Origin: an uncultured euryarchaeote
GTDB taxonomy: Archaea; Thermoplasmatota; Poseidoniia; Poseidoniales; Poseidoniaceae
Direction of reading: 5' to 3'
NCBI GenBank assembly: GCA_937899865.1
Contig: CALBRH010000063.1
Span: forward strand, 64,001 to 128,000
Length of the DNA stretch: 64,000 nucleotides
Part shown: positions 21,576 through 30,523 of the stretch, one piece after another
How the letters are laid out: every line of letters begins with the position of its first letter
Position numbering within the stretch: the stretch's first letter is position 1
Position numbers and translations under genes: made by a program
The notes under the pieces: generated by a model
The model's database searches: none
What the model saw: only the letters and a program-made list of their open reading frames with translations
What the model was told of the DNA's origin: nothing

Positions 21576-21682
21576 TTTCAGTGATTAAAACGATTCGAAT
21601 ATTTCGATTAACACTAAATAACGCGTCATAATGATCTTGAACTTGGTGAAATATCAAATACCTAATTGCTCGATGCTGTGAT

Positions 21683-23440
21683 ATGCGTGTAGATGGGCTT
21701 GGCTTTGATTTACCGAACTTAACTTCTAATCCATTTTCTGCAATACCATTAGAAGGAAGCAAATCTGATTTGTATGTTGGCAGGCTAGATATTAGAAGGA
21801 GACTTGCACAACATATCAAATTTAGATCTACTAGAAGGATACTAATGGCTGGTGATTTAGGGAGTGGAAGAACATCTTTACTACGCTGTTCGGCACTTGA
21901 AGCCCCAGTTTCAGTCCATATCGACCATATATCAGCCTCTAATCCTCATGAAAGTATACTGCAGAGAATGTATTCTGAATTAGTAGGATATGATTTTCCA
22001 ACAAATACTGTAGAGTTGGTCAAGAAGATGGTCGATTTTTCTCATACATTTAGTGGAAGTTTGCCATTAATTGTCATCGATACTCCTAATGTAGAGGATA
22101 GTGTGCTATATGTTGCATTGAGGGAGGTTTTACCAGCATTGGAGCGGCTTCAAGCAGTAATTGTGGTCGTAGTAGAATCAAAGCAAAGGATGAATATTCC
22201 AGAAAGTGTATTACATAGTTTTGACAATGTTGAGACATTACCCATCTTATCAATTGATGAGGTACAAGCTTTGGTTGAAAAGCGAATATCTTCGGTTAGT
22301 GATCAAGAATTCTCTTTAGATTTTGAGAATGCTCGAGCAATTCACAGCAAGACTGGAGGTTTGCCATTAGAAGTTGTTAAGTTTATGCGAGATGCTATCG
22401 ATAATTATAGAATGAATGATTCTAGTTCTAATCAGCAATATGAGCCACAGATTAATCAAAATGATGCTGTAGAAATTCAAGTTCAAGAACCAGTTTTACA
22501 AAACGATAAGAATCTAGTAGAAGTTAATGATTCAGAAATTATTGATGCATCAATGCCATGGAATGAGAGGGATAGTGAAAGTAAATCTTCCATGTTTGAG
22601 GCTCCAACAAACTTATTTGATTTTGATTTGGATTTAGATGGTTTATCAGAATCACAACAATCTGATAAACCGGTTGAAGATTTAGCATATTCTGCAAATC
22701 CAGATACAGAAGAGATAATCATTGCAGATTCTAAGCCGAGACCTAAGATAGATGCAGGAGCATTTGGTGGGTTACTTGGTAGAACTAGAGATTTTGATGA
22801 AATGGAGAAAAATGAACCTGAGGAAATGGTTAACCAACACAATAACGATGGTACTGAACTTTGGATTTCCAAGGAAATGATTGAAGCGGAAGAAAAGATT
22901 GAGTTCGAGGAACATAACTCTGCAGAATTGATTTATGATGAAATTGGATTGGAAGATGATGGAGATGAATTAGAGGAATTTAATACTCCTACTGTAGATG
23001 AAATTAGCAACATTGCAGATAGTCAAGAAGATTCTTTAGCTATACAGAAAATAATGGCATTATTGGCCAATTTGGTTTCTCAAACATCGCAACAAAAAAT
23101 ACAACCAGGTGACGATTTCTTAGATTCTTTACTTAATCTTTCAGAAAAGCGATTTGGTGAAAAAATAGATTACCCACTAAATCCAACTGTATTATCTTCA
23201 CTTAATTCTAGTGAATCATATGTTCTTTCAATAGCAAAAGTAAGAAAATACTCACCTAGTGATAAAGAAATCTTAGAACATTTGGGGATAAAGCGGCCAA
23301 GGTTGTCACAAATCAGCAACAAGCTACTAAAGTCAGGAATTCTAAATGCTAGGATGAAGGGTCGAAGTAGATATTACGAATTAACTCAATCAGCAAAAGC
23401 CCAACTTATTGCTTGGGGAATAATAGGAGGTGATGAATAA
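21683..23440 (+). CDS. P-loop (AAA_16/STAND-like) domain + acidic linker + C-terminal winged-helix protein; ATPase motifs degenerate
   Basis: NPF...YVGR, GDLGSGRTS, LIVIDTPN, TGGLPLEV. C-terminal SDKEILEHLGIKRPRLSQISNKLLKSGILNARMKGRSRYYELT. Confidence 0.75.
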   Translation: MRVDGLGFDLPNLTSNPFSAIPLEGSKSDLYVGRLDIRRRLAQHIKFRSTRRILMAGDLGSGRTSLLRCSALEAPVSVHIDHISASNPHESILQRMYSELVGYDFPTNTVELVKKMVDFSHTFSGSLPLIVIDTPNVEDSVLYVALREVLPALERLQAVIVVVVESKQRMNIPESVLHSFDNVETLPILSIDEVQALVEKRISSVSDQEFSLDFENARAIHSKTGGLPLEVVKFMRDAIDNYRMNDSSSNQQYEPQINQNDAVEIQVQEPVLQNDKNLVEVNDSEIIDASMPWNERDSESKSSMFEAPTNLFDFDLDLDGLSESQQSDKPVEDLAYSANPDTEEIIIADSKPRPKIDAGAFGGLLGRTRDFDEMEKNEPEEMVNQHNNDGTELWISKEMIEAEEKIEFEEHNSAELIYDEIGLEDDGDELEEFNTPTVDEISNIADSQEDSLAIQKIMALLANLVSQTSQQKIQPGDDFLDSLLNLSEKRFGEKIDYPLNPTVLSSLNSSESYVLSIAKVRKYSPSDKEILEHLGIKRPRLSQISNKLLKSGILNARMKGRSRYYELTQSAKAQLIAWGIIGGDE

Positions 23441-24486
23441 TGTCTTGGAGCATATCTTGGTCATGGCAAGCCGCAGCAAGAATCTCAGCAATAGCTGCCG
23501 TTGAGGGAGGTATTGTAGTTAGTAATGGTTTGGAATTAGTACTAATTGAATCAGATGGACGTATTAGATGGACAGTAAAAACGCCATTCAAAGTTCATTC
23601 AATAAATTATCATAATGGAGTTCTAGCTGCTCTTGCTGCTCATGGATTTTATGTAATTTCAACTACTGATGGTAGTATGTTACATGATGGAAGATCTACA
23701 TATGGTGGTTTTACAGATGTATTATCTCGTCCAGGTGGTGGATGGATTTTATCTGGTAAAGAAGGTCAAATGCATCTATTTTCACATGAAGGAGTTGGCA
23801 TAAAGAGATTTGAAACAGGTAAAGTTAGGAGATTAGTAGGTTGGCTGGATAGAGAACATATTTTGTGGCAATCCGATGAAGGTAAACTATGGTGCGGAAG
23901 ACTTGGCAATAATTATTCAAAACGTTGTGTTGAAGATAGGATTTGGAGTTGGGTATCAAGACTTGACCAAGGTAGATTACTTTTACAAACCAGTTCAGGG
24001 GAAATCTGGGAAGGAGTGCCTCATCCATTTGGCTGGGATCATATTGAAAAGTTACAGTCTGATTCATTGGAACCCATGGAAGGAATAAGATGCGGTGATG
24101 GTTGGTGGGTCTTGGGAATAGAAGGATTACTGTATCATTTATCAGGTCTAAATAATGAGAATGATACTACTTTGGGACAAAATATGAATTTAGGAGATTT
24201 ATTACAGAAAGTTACTGCTGATAGTATGGTTACAGCAACGAGAAATGGATTACTTAGAATGTGGAAAGCACCTCACTTGGCTAATTCAGAAAGAGAAAGT
24301 CGTTTCCAAGCCGCTGCTGAGGCTGCATTGGCTAGAAACTGGGATGAAAGGAAAGTAATGTTTGATCGTGCTAGACAAGCAGAAGACGAGGGTAGATTAT
24401 CACTAGCTGTAGAATTATACCAGGCTCTTGGTAGACAAGAGGATGTCAAGAGATTACTAAAAAGACAAAAGGAGGGTGGAGAGTGA
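23440..24486 (+). CDS. Hypothetical beta-propeller (WD40/PQQ-like) protein with C-terminal TPR-like helix pair
   Basis: W/G-rich repeated beta segments (DGRIRWT, GLLRMW). C-terminal ARQAEDEGRLSLAVELYQALG. TAATG overlap with upstream gene. Confidence 0.6.
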   Translation: MSWSISWSWQAAARISAIAAVEGGIVVSNGLELVLIESDGRIRWTVKTPFKVHSINYHNGVLAALAAHGFYVISTTDGSMLHDGRSTYGGFTDVLSRPGGGWILSGKEGQMHLFSHEGVGIKRFETGKVRRLVGWLDREHILWQSDEGKLWCGRLGNNYSKRCVEDRIWSWVSRLDQGRLLLQTSSGEIWEGVPHPFGWDHIEKLQSDSLEPMEGIRCGDGWWVLGIEGLLYHLSGLNNENDTTLGQNMNLGDLLQKVTADSMVTATRNGLLRMWKAPHLANSERESRFQAAAEAALARNWDERKVMFDRARQAEDEGRLSLAVELYQALGRQEDVKRLLKRQKEGGE

Positions 24487-24779
24487 CAATTGAAGATACA
24501 ATCTCTAAAGAAAAGTTACTACATTACCTTAATCTAACCAAAGAAGCAAGAGAAAAGGCTACTGCAATACATCCAGAAGGTTCTAAGGAAGCAGAAATGC
24601 TTGCAGTATTAATTAGAATGGCTGACGATTATTCCAGCGATGCTAACTATTTCATGGAAAATGGCGACTATGTCAGGGCTTTTGGTGCCATAAATTATGC
24701 TCATGCTTGGATTGATGCAGGTATCAAACTGAAACTACTAGATGGTCATGGAGATGACGATCTGTTTACTTTACCTTAA
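24483..24779 (+). CDS. DUF357 family protein
   Basis: MADDYSSDANYFMENGDYVRAFGAINYAHAWIDAG. Confidence 0.88.
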   Translation: MTIEDTISKEKLLHYLNLTKEAREKATAIHPEGSKEAEMLAVLIRMADDYSSDANYFMENGDYVRAFGAINYAHAWIDAGIKLKLLDGHGDDDLFTLP

Positions 24780-24784
24780 TCGTT

Positions 24785-25165
24785 CTATAGACCTTCAATA
24801 AGTCTTAAATGATTATTTTTTGCCACTTCAACAACTGAGCGACCTGATTGATATAATCGCTTTTTCAATGCCTTATCGATAGTCAAAACAGCGTAACTAT
24901 GTTGTATTGATAATTCGAAAATATAGTCATCAGTATGAGAATTTTCAAATGAATCCATAGAAACAGATTTTTGTTTTAGCAGTTCAAGTAACAATGACTT
25001 TCTTCTTGGTCTTTCAATTTCTAGAGCTTCAAGTTCAATCAAAACGCTATCTAGAAGAATCAATTCATAATTACCAAACATGCGTTCTAACTCTGATTCG
25101 AAATTGATACCTGAATCAATTATTGCAACCCAGCCGCAGCTGTCAACAATAATTTTCTGTGTCAT
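24785..25165 (-). CDS. PIN-domain protein (Fcf1/Utp24-like archaeal family)
   Basis: IIVDS, VLIELEAL, TDDYIFE, VLTIDKALKKRL. Directly downstream of eIF2-gamma, a typical archaeal context. Confidence 0.8.
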   Translation of the reverse strand: MTQKIIVDSCGWVAIIDSGINFESELERMFGNYELILLDSVLIELEALEIERPRRKSLLLELLKQKSVSMDSFENSHTDDYIFELSIQHSYAVLTIDKALKKRLYQSGRSVVEVAKNNHLRLIEGL

Positions 25166-25173
25166 TGTATCGC

Positions 25174-26412
25174 CTATTGAATGATACCGTATCCAATTAA
25201 TCTCCAGCGAGAACCAATTCTTCGTGATAATGAAACTCTTTCTCCGGTATCAACACATATTGGTAATTTTAACTCTAGAGAAGTTCTGGTCTTTTCTGCA
25301 TTTTTCGTGACTCCAACAGATGTAGCAGTTGCAACATTTATCATTAACATCTCGTTATTTCTTAGAGGATGTATTTTCTCTGGATTTGAACCATCTGTAG
25401 AGACCATATTGTCCATTAAATGAACAGAAATCTCAATTGAATTTTTAACTTCTGGGAGAGATCCAGATAAAGAAACAACTTGTCCAGATAGGTTATCTGA
25501 AGTTGTAATAGATGGGTCAAGTTGTGTTGCTAACCCACATAGACCTCCAGCATGCATTTTTTCTAAAGCTAATCCGCCACCTTGCATACTAGTTACAGTT
25601 GCCTTAATTGGCTCCCAACGAATCTTAGATCCTTGCTGAATTTTTCTTCCTGGACCGATTTCAATTTCATCGCCAATTTTGAATTCTCCTCTAACGATGC
25701 TACCTCCAATAACTCCACCCTTAAGTTTGGTAGGACGAGTTCCCGGCCTGTTTATGTCAAATGATCTTGCGACATGCATTAGAGGCTTTTCTTTATCATC
25801 TCTATCAGGTGTTGGAATAGTTTTCTCGATAGCATCTATCAATATATCTAAGTTAACATCATGGTGAGCCGATACTGGAATAATTGGAGCATCTTCAGCA
25901 ACAGTACCTTTCAAGAATTCTTTAATTTCTTGATATGATTCAACAGCACGTTCTCTGGTGACTAGGTCAATTTTGTTTTGAACTACTACTATGTTTTTGA
26001 TACCTGACATATTTAGTGCCATTAAATGCTCTCTAGTTTGTGGTTGAGGGCACTTTTCATTTGCTGCAACCATCAACATTGCACCATCCATAATTGATGC
26101 TCCAGTAATCATTATTGCCATTAGTGTCTCGTGACCAGGTGCGTCAACAAAAGATACAACTCTTTGAAGTTCATTATCGACATCCTTTTTGCCATTAGGA
26201 TTCTTTCCAGATGCGTAAAATGTACCGTCTTTGGTTTTATAGAATGCAGTATCTGCATAGCCCAATTTAATTGATATACCGCGCTTTCTTTCTTCTGAAT
26301 GAGTATCAGTCCAAACTCCAGAAAGAGCCTTTGTCAAAGTAGTCTTTCCATGGTCTACGTGACCAACTAATCCGATATTTACGGTTGGTTGTGCAGGAAG
26401 TTTTCTCGCCAT
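25174..26412 (-). CDS. eif2g: Translation initiation factor aIF2 gamma subunit
   Basis: GHVDHGKTT, ERKRGISIKLGYA, DAPGHE, PQPQTREHL, NKID, WRLIGYG. Confidence 0.98.
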   Translation of the reverse strand: MARKLPAQPTVNIGLVGHVDHGKTTLTKALSGVWTDTHSEERKRGISIKLGYADTAFYKTKDGTFYASGKNPNGKKDVDNELQRVVSFVDAPGHETLMAIMITGASIMDGAMLMVAANEKCPQPQTREHLMALNMSGIKNIVVVQNKIDLVTRERAVESYQEIKEFLKGTVAEDAPIIPVSAHHDVNLDILIDAIEKTIPTPDRDDKEKPLMHVARSFDINRPGTRPTKLKGGVIGGSIVRGEFKIGDEIEIGPGRKIQQGSKIRWEPIKATVTSMQGGGLALEKMHAGGLCGLATQLDPSITTSDNLSGQVVSLSGSLPEVKNSIEISVHLMDNMVSTDGSNPEKIHPLRNNEMLMINVATATSVGVTKNAEKTRTSLELKLPICVDTGERVSLSRRIGSRWRLIGYGIIQ

Positions 26413-26449
26413 TCCTACACTCTCCTATTCACGAAAACCCTCTCGGGAT

Positions 26450-26944
26450 TCACTCCGATGATTCCTCACTTTCAGCAGCAGATAGAATATCAGCCAATGC
26501 CTTCTTACCTGCTTCAACAACCTTGAGATTGATTTGTCTGGTGTCTTGGGTAACAGTGTTGCCACGGAAATTTCTACGCTTTCTAAGTCCATCAGGTTTG
26601 TATCGGAATCGCTTCTTTTCGCCACCTTTGGTCTTGAAAACCAAATTATGTCCTTTGAATCCAGTTGATTGAGTAACCAAGATTGACTGTCTAGAACCAC
26701 CTTCTAGGTCTCTTCTTAGAGGAGTTCCAGTTTTGTCAGCACCACCAGTAATTTGTAATTTATATCCTGAAAGAGTCTTGTCACCTTCACCTACGAAAAT
26801 TCCATCGACAATATCGCCAATTTTTTTCCCTAGAATTTGAGAGTAGTTATTTCCCGAAATTTTCAATGAGTATGCTTTACCGTTGCTTTTTGGGTCTGTA
26901 TCATTTACGACAGCAACGAACTCTCCTTGTGAACCAGTAGCCAT
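26450..26944 (-). CDS. rps6e: 30S ribosomal protein S6e
   Basis: LGKKIGDIVDG, GYKLQITGGADKTGTP, GLRKRRNFRGN, RQINLKV. Start refined to ATG 26944 after GAGGTG. Confidence 0.93.
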   Translation of the reverse strand: MATGSQGEFVAVVNDTDPKSNGKAYSLKISGNNYSQILGKKIGDIVDGIFVGEGDKTLSGYKLQITGGADKTGTPLRRDLEGGSRQSILVTQSTGFKGHNLVFKTKGGEKKRFRYKPDGLRKRRNFRGNTVTQDTRQINLKVVEAGKKALADILSAAESEESSE

Positions 26945-26980
26945 AATTACACCTCTAAGACAGGTTGGCCAACAGTGACC

Positions 26981-26989
26981 TATATTTAT
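26981..26989 (-). promoter_or_regulatory. Candidate TATA box for rps6e-eif2g-PIN transcript
   Basis: ATAAATATA on the minus strand, about 37 nt upstream of the rps6e ATG. Confidence 0.35.
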
Positions 26990-27023
26990 GCTCACCGGAT
27001 GAAAAACAATTGGTTTTTGTTGC

Positions 27024-28256
27024 TTACAATCGCTTTTTTATCAGCATTTCTAGCCTGCTTGCTATATCACTTGGTAAGAAATGTGGCATGCTGAGATGGG
27101 TAGTTCTACCTCGTCCGTCACTAACTGCCGAGATTCTGGTTTTGATTAGTTGCCTATTTTCTAATTCTTTGAGATATTTCCATAAGGTTGTGTGGCTTTT
27201 CATATCTTGCTCATATTCTTCACATACTACTGCGTAGAGGCTTTCTACGTCACCAGTAGTCATTGAACTTTCTTTCTTCAGCCTTCGACAAATTGCTAGC
27301 AATACCAGCATTGCATGATTTTTCAAACCATCAATAGCATCTATTTCTGATACCATATCAACTGATAAAATATCATCTTTAGCATGGACATCATCAACAC
27401 TAATTTCTCTCTTAGTATGATCGTCTTGTCTAATTTCACATGACTCAGCGGCTGATTTTAGTAACTCAATCGCTAATCTAGCATCGCCAATAGGAGCAGA
27501 TTTTTGAGCTATTAATCTAACAATTTCTTCTGAATATGAGCCTTTGACTAATGCCAAATCGGCTCTCTGCATGGCAATATCGTACAGTTCATCTTCATTG
27601 TATGATGGTATTTTTATCAAATTTGTTTTACCAATTCTTGAAATTACTGCTGTTTCCAAGACATCGAGAACCTGTTCTTGACTGATTAAAATTAGTGAAA
27701 GAGTTCCTTTACCTTCTTGATCTTCATCAATCCTCAATAATTGGTACAAGATGTCATCACCAGATTTTCTCAACATGTGGTCGACTTCATCTAAAATAAC
27801 AATTAGATGGGTAGAATTTCGTCTGGTCAGTTTACGTAAACTGAGTAATAGTTCTCCCATTGATAAACCTCGGTCAGGGTGCCCAGGGTCTATTGCATGC
27901 AAAATACGTTGAACTACACGAGTACTCGTTGATGCATTTCTGCAATTTACATGTGCGATATTGATAGTTCTTCGATTGACAAGATGTCTCTGTAAGTCAC
28001 GACAGAATGTTTTGACAAGAACAGTTTTCCCACTACCTACGGGTCCTGAAATAATAGCTTGACAACTAGATTCCTGTTTGTCTATAGAAGAGAATCTTGC
28101 AGCCAATTGGTTTTGATATTTCTCCCGACAGACTAACTTCTCTGGAACATAATCAAAATCGAGTGGCTCCGGGTTATCAATTACATAACCAGCACCGATT
28201 CTGTCGAGATAACTGCTCATAACATCGGAAGGCTTACGCCAACCGTTATTGAACAT
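27024..28256 (-). CDS. cdc6: Orc1/Cdc6 replication initiator family protein
   Basis: LDFDYVPEKLVCRE, GPVGSGKT, HVNCR, ILDEVD, GDARLAIELL, C-terminal wHTH with GRGRTT. Confidence 0.93.
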   Translation of the reverse strand: MFNNGWRKPSDVMSSYLDRIGAGYVIDNPEPLDFDYVPEKLVCREKYQNQLAARFSSIDKQESSCQAIISGPVGSGKTVLVKTFCRDLQRHLVNRRTINIAHVNCRNASTSTRVVQRILHAIDPGHPDRGLSMGELLLSLRKLTRRNSTHLIVILDEVDHMLRKSGDDILYQLLRIDEDQEGKGTLSLILISQEQVLDVLETAVISRIGKTNLIKIPSYNEDELYDIAMQRADLALVKGSYSEEIVRLIAQKSAPIGDARLAIELLKSAAESCEIRQDDHTKREISVDDVHAKDDILSVDMVSEIDAIDGLKNHAMLVLLAICRRLKKESSMTTGDVESLYAVVCEEYEQDMKSHTTLWKYLKELENRQLIKTRISAVSDGRGRTTHLSMPHFLPSDIASRLEMLIKKRL

Positions 28257-28293
28257 ACGCTTTGATTTAGCAAAAATATTTCAATTAGCCAAC

Positions 28294-29403
28294 TCAAGGG
28301 ATTTCGTCAAACATATATCCCGTTTCCCATTGCTTTTCGCCCAATGCTACTTCTAATTCAAATGGCGTAATCAATGGTTTACGATATCTAACTGCATCAT
28401 CAATAGCAATTCTTGGGCATGCTGTATTGACAAATGCGTCAACTGGATAGAAATCAATTAGGTCCGGTCCAATGTGTTCAAGAGCTAGTAAGTATCCTTT
28501 CTTACCATGCTTCTCAAGCATTCTTTTCATTCTTAACGCTAAAGTGCGCCTCATTTGTCCAGGTTTTTCACCGATCAAAATTCCAAAAGATTGACTATCT
28601 TGACTCGACATTATCAATCCGAACCTTTGTCTCAATATTCTCTCAATTCTTTCAAATGACATTTCTTCAGCAGTACCTGAATAAGGGTCTAACATTGCTA
28701 GAGGCTTTCCAGTATGTAGGACCAATCCAATTGGATGGAAATCTCCAGAACCCAAGAATAGATAGTGTCCTATGCTAGGGTCGTCGCCTGAATAATTACA
28801 ACCAAGAACCTGTCCTGGGAATGATAATCTTGCCCCTCCAATTGGTATTTCTACGTCAAATCCAGCCTTTTCTAAACGATCATTGAATTCGGGTAATAGG
28901 TGAAGGTGTTGTATTGAACCAACTAATCCGAGTTTTGTATCGGTTAATGGAGCCATTCTTCCAACAGCATCCAAAAATTTCTCTTGTGCTTCTGCTTCAG
29001 ATAATTGCTTGTTACTATCTTGATTAGAAATTCTTTCTTTCGCCAACGCTAAATGCTTGTTTAGTAGAGGTAGAACGGGACTTAGTTCAGGATCTCCGTC
29101 ATATCTAACATCGATGAATTCAGTAGGCATGCCAGAATCAATATTCATTTGAGAATGTCCCATATGAGCTACTAATTCTACTCCCATCATTTTCATTTTG
29201 TCATGGACTAAATCACATGCTCCATAGCATGGGTCTGCAGCCAAAACTACCTTGGCACTAGTTTCAGTTTCAATCTCATCCATCATTTCAAGGGCTTGCA
29301 TTTTCAAGCCTTCAGGTACCTGTAAAGCGATTAATCGGTTGTCATTTTGTTTAATCTTTTCAACCAAGTCGTCTAGTTGAAAGTCGTGCCTATCTAGATC
29401 CAA
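28294..29403 (-). CDS. dph2: Diphthamide biosynthesis radical-SAM enzyme Dph2
   Basis: LQVPEGLK, three Fe-S cysteines YGACD / LGCN / TACPR, LITPFE. Confidence 0.95.
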   Translation of the reverse strand: MDLDRHDFQLDDLVEKIKQNDNRLIALQVPEGLKMQALEMMDEIETETSAKVVLAADPCYGACDLVHDKMKMMGVELVAHMGHSQMNIDSGMPTEFIDVRYDGDPELSPVLPLLNKHLALAKERISNQDSNKQLSEAEAQEKFLDAVGRMAPLTDTKLGLVGSIQHLHLLPEFNDRLEKAGFDVEIPIGGARLSFPGQVLGCNYSGDDPSIGHYLFLGSGDFHPIGLVLHTGKPLAMLDPYSGTAEEMSFERIERILRQRFGLIMSSQDSQSFGILIGEKPGQMRRTLALRMKRMLEKHGKKGYLLALEHIGPDLIDFYPVDAFVNTACPRIAIDDAVRYRKPLITPFELEVALGEKQWETGYMFDEIP

Positions 29404-29414
29404 AGTTTCACTTC

Positions 29415-29993
29415 CTAATCTAATATCACTACTTTTTCGCCATCCATTTCAAGTTTTACAAGCGAATCAAACTTAATTTTAGGATAATCTTGTTGCAAAA
29501 TTTCCATACCAGGGCCTTTTTCAACAACAACGACGATATTTTCGATAATTGCACCAGTTCTTTTGACACCTTCAACAACTGATCTTATTGTTCCACCAGT
29601 CGATAAAACATCATCAATTATGGCAATTCTTTCACCAGGTTTAATGTCATTAAGGAATATACTTCCTTTTGAATAACCAGTTTCTTGATTAATTTCGACT
29701 TCTCCTTCAAGCCCATATTGTCGCTTTCTTGCAATAACCATAGGAATGCCTGTACGCATAGATAATGGAGCCATTAGTGGCAATCCCATCGCTTCAATTC
29801 CAAGAATAATATCGATGTTATCCCAATTAATCAGTGGTACTGATAATTCAATAATCGCTTCTAAGACATTTGGCTCTAATCTTGGTACGCCATCTGTTAT
29901 AGGATGAATAAAGTAAGGATAATCGCCTTTCCAAATAATTGGTGCCTTAACAAGGCTTTGTTTTAGAATTTCAATCTCCTTCATGATGGTCAC
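29415..29993 (-). CDS. hpt: Purine phosphoribosyltransferase (archaeal hypoxanthine/guanine PRT type)
   Basis: YPYFIHPITDGVP, GIEAMGLP, ARKRQYGLEGE, IIDDVLSTGGT. Confidence 0.85.
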   Translation of the reverse strand: MTIMKEIEILKQSLVKAPIIWKGDYPYFIHPITDGVPRLEPNVLEAIIELSVPLINWDNIDIILGIEAMGLPLMAPLSMRTGIPMVIARKRQYGLEGEVEINQETGYSKGSIFLNDIKPGERIAIIDDVLSTGGTIRSVVEGVKRTGAIIENIVVVVEKGPGMEILQQDYPKIKFDSLVKLEMDGEKVVILD

Positions 29994-30000
29994 CTTACCA

Positions 30001-30402
30001 TCAAAGTTCAGCTAGAAATTCAACATATTCATCAGGGTCTAACAATAATTCAGTGTCAAAATCATGAGGTTCTAAAATAATGACCCATCCTAGGTCATAA
30101 GCAGATTCGTTAACTAATTCTGGATTACTTTCAACTTCGCCATTAACCTCAGCAATGAGTCCAGAAAAGGGAGTAGGAAATGGCATTCTTTCAGACTCTG
30201 TAACAACTGAAAACATGAAATCTCCTTTGTCAATCTCAGTTTCAGCTTGTCGAAGTTTGACTTCCAAAATGTCACCTATTTCCAGTCTTAGGAATTCGCT
30301 AACTCCAATCATTAATCTATCATCTTTCTCTTGATACCAAAGGTGGTCTGTAGAGTATTTTCTATTGTGTGCTACATTAAATTCAACGGTTTCTTCATCC
30401 AA
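30001..30402 (-). CDS. Glycine cleavage H-protein-like paralog lacking the lipoyl-lysine
   Basis: YSTDHLW, IGVSEF, LEIGDI, PFSGLIAEVNGEVESNPELVNESAYDLGWV. The Lys position is Ser. TTG start at 30402 after GGAGGA. Confidence 0.82.
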   Translation of the reverse strand: MDEETVEFNVAHNRKYSTDHLWYQEKDDRLMIGVSEFLRLEIGDILEVKLRQAETEIDKGDFMFSVVTESERMPFPTPFSGLIAEVNGEVESNPELVNESAYDLGWVIILEPHDFDTELLLDPDEYVEFLAEL

Positions 30403-30523
30403 AATGATTCCTCCTGTGCGCGCCTCATAGGCATAATATATGAATAATTTGGGAAATAGCAAATTTTAGAAATTTAGCAAACGGGTTAAGTGAGTCGGCT
30501 TATTGGCTTGATTGGGGAGAGTC

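Noticed and set aside
27002-27018. AAAAAC-AATTG-GTTTTT hairpin after the cdc6 stop as a terminator
   Set aside because: It is an all-AT 6-bp stem, plausible but too weak to support as a feature.
26995-28294. Replication origin (ORB repeats) next to cdc6
   Set aside because: Flanking intergenic gaps are under 80 bp and I found no ORB-like TTCCAnTGGAA/G-string repeats.
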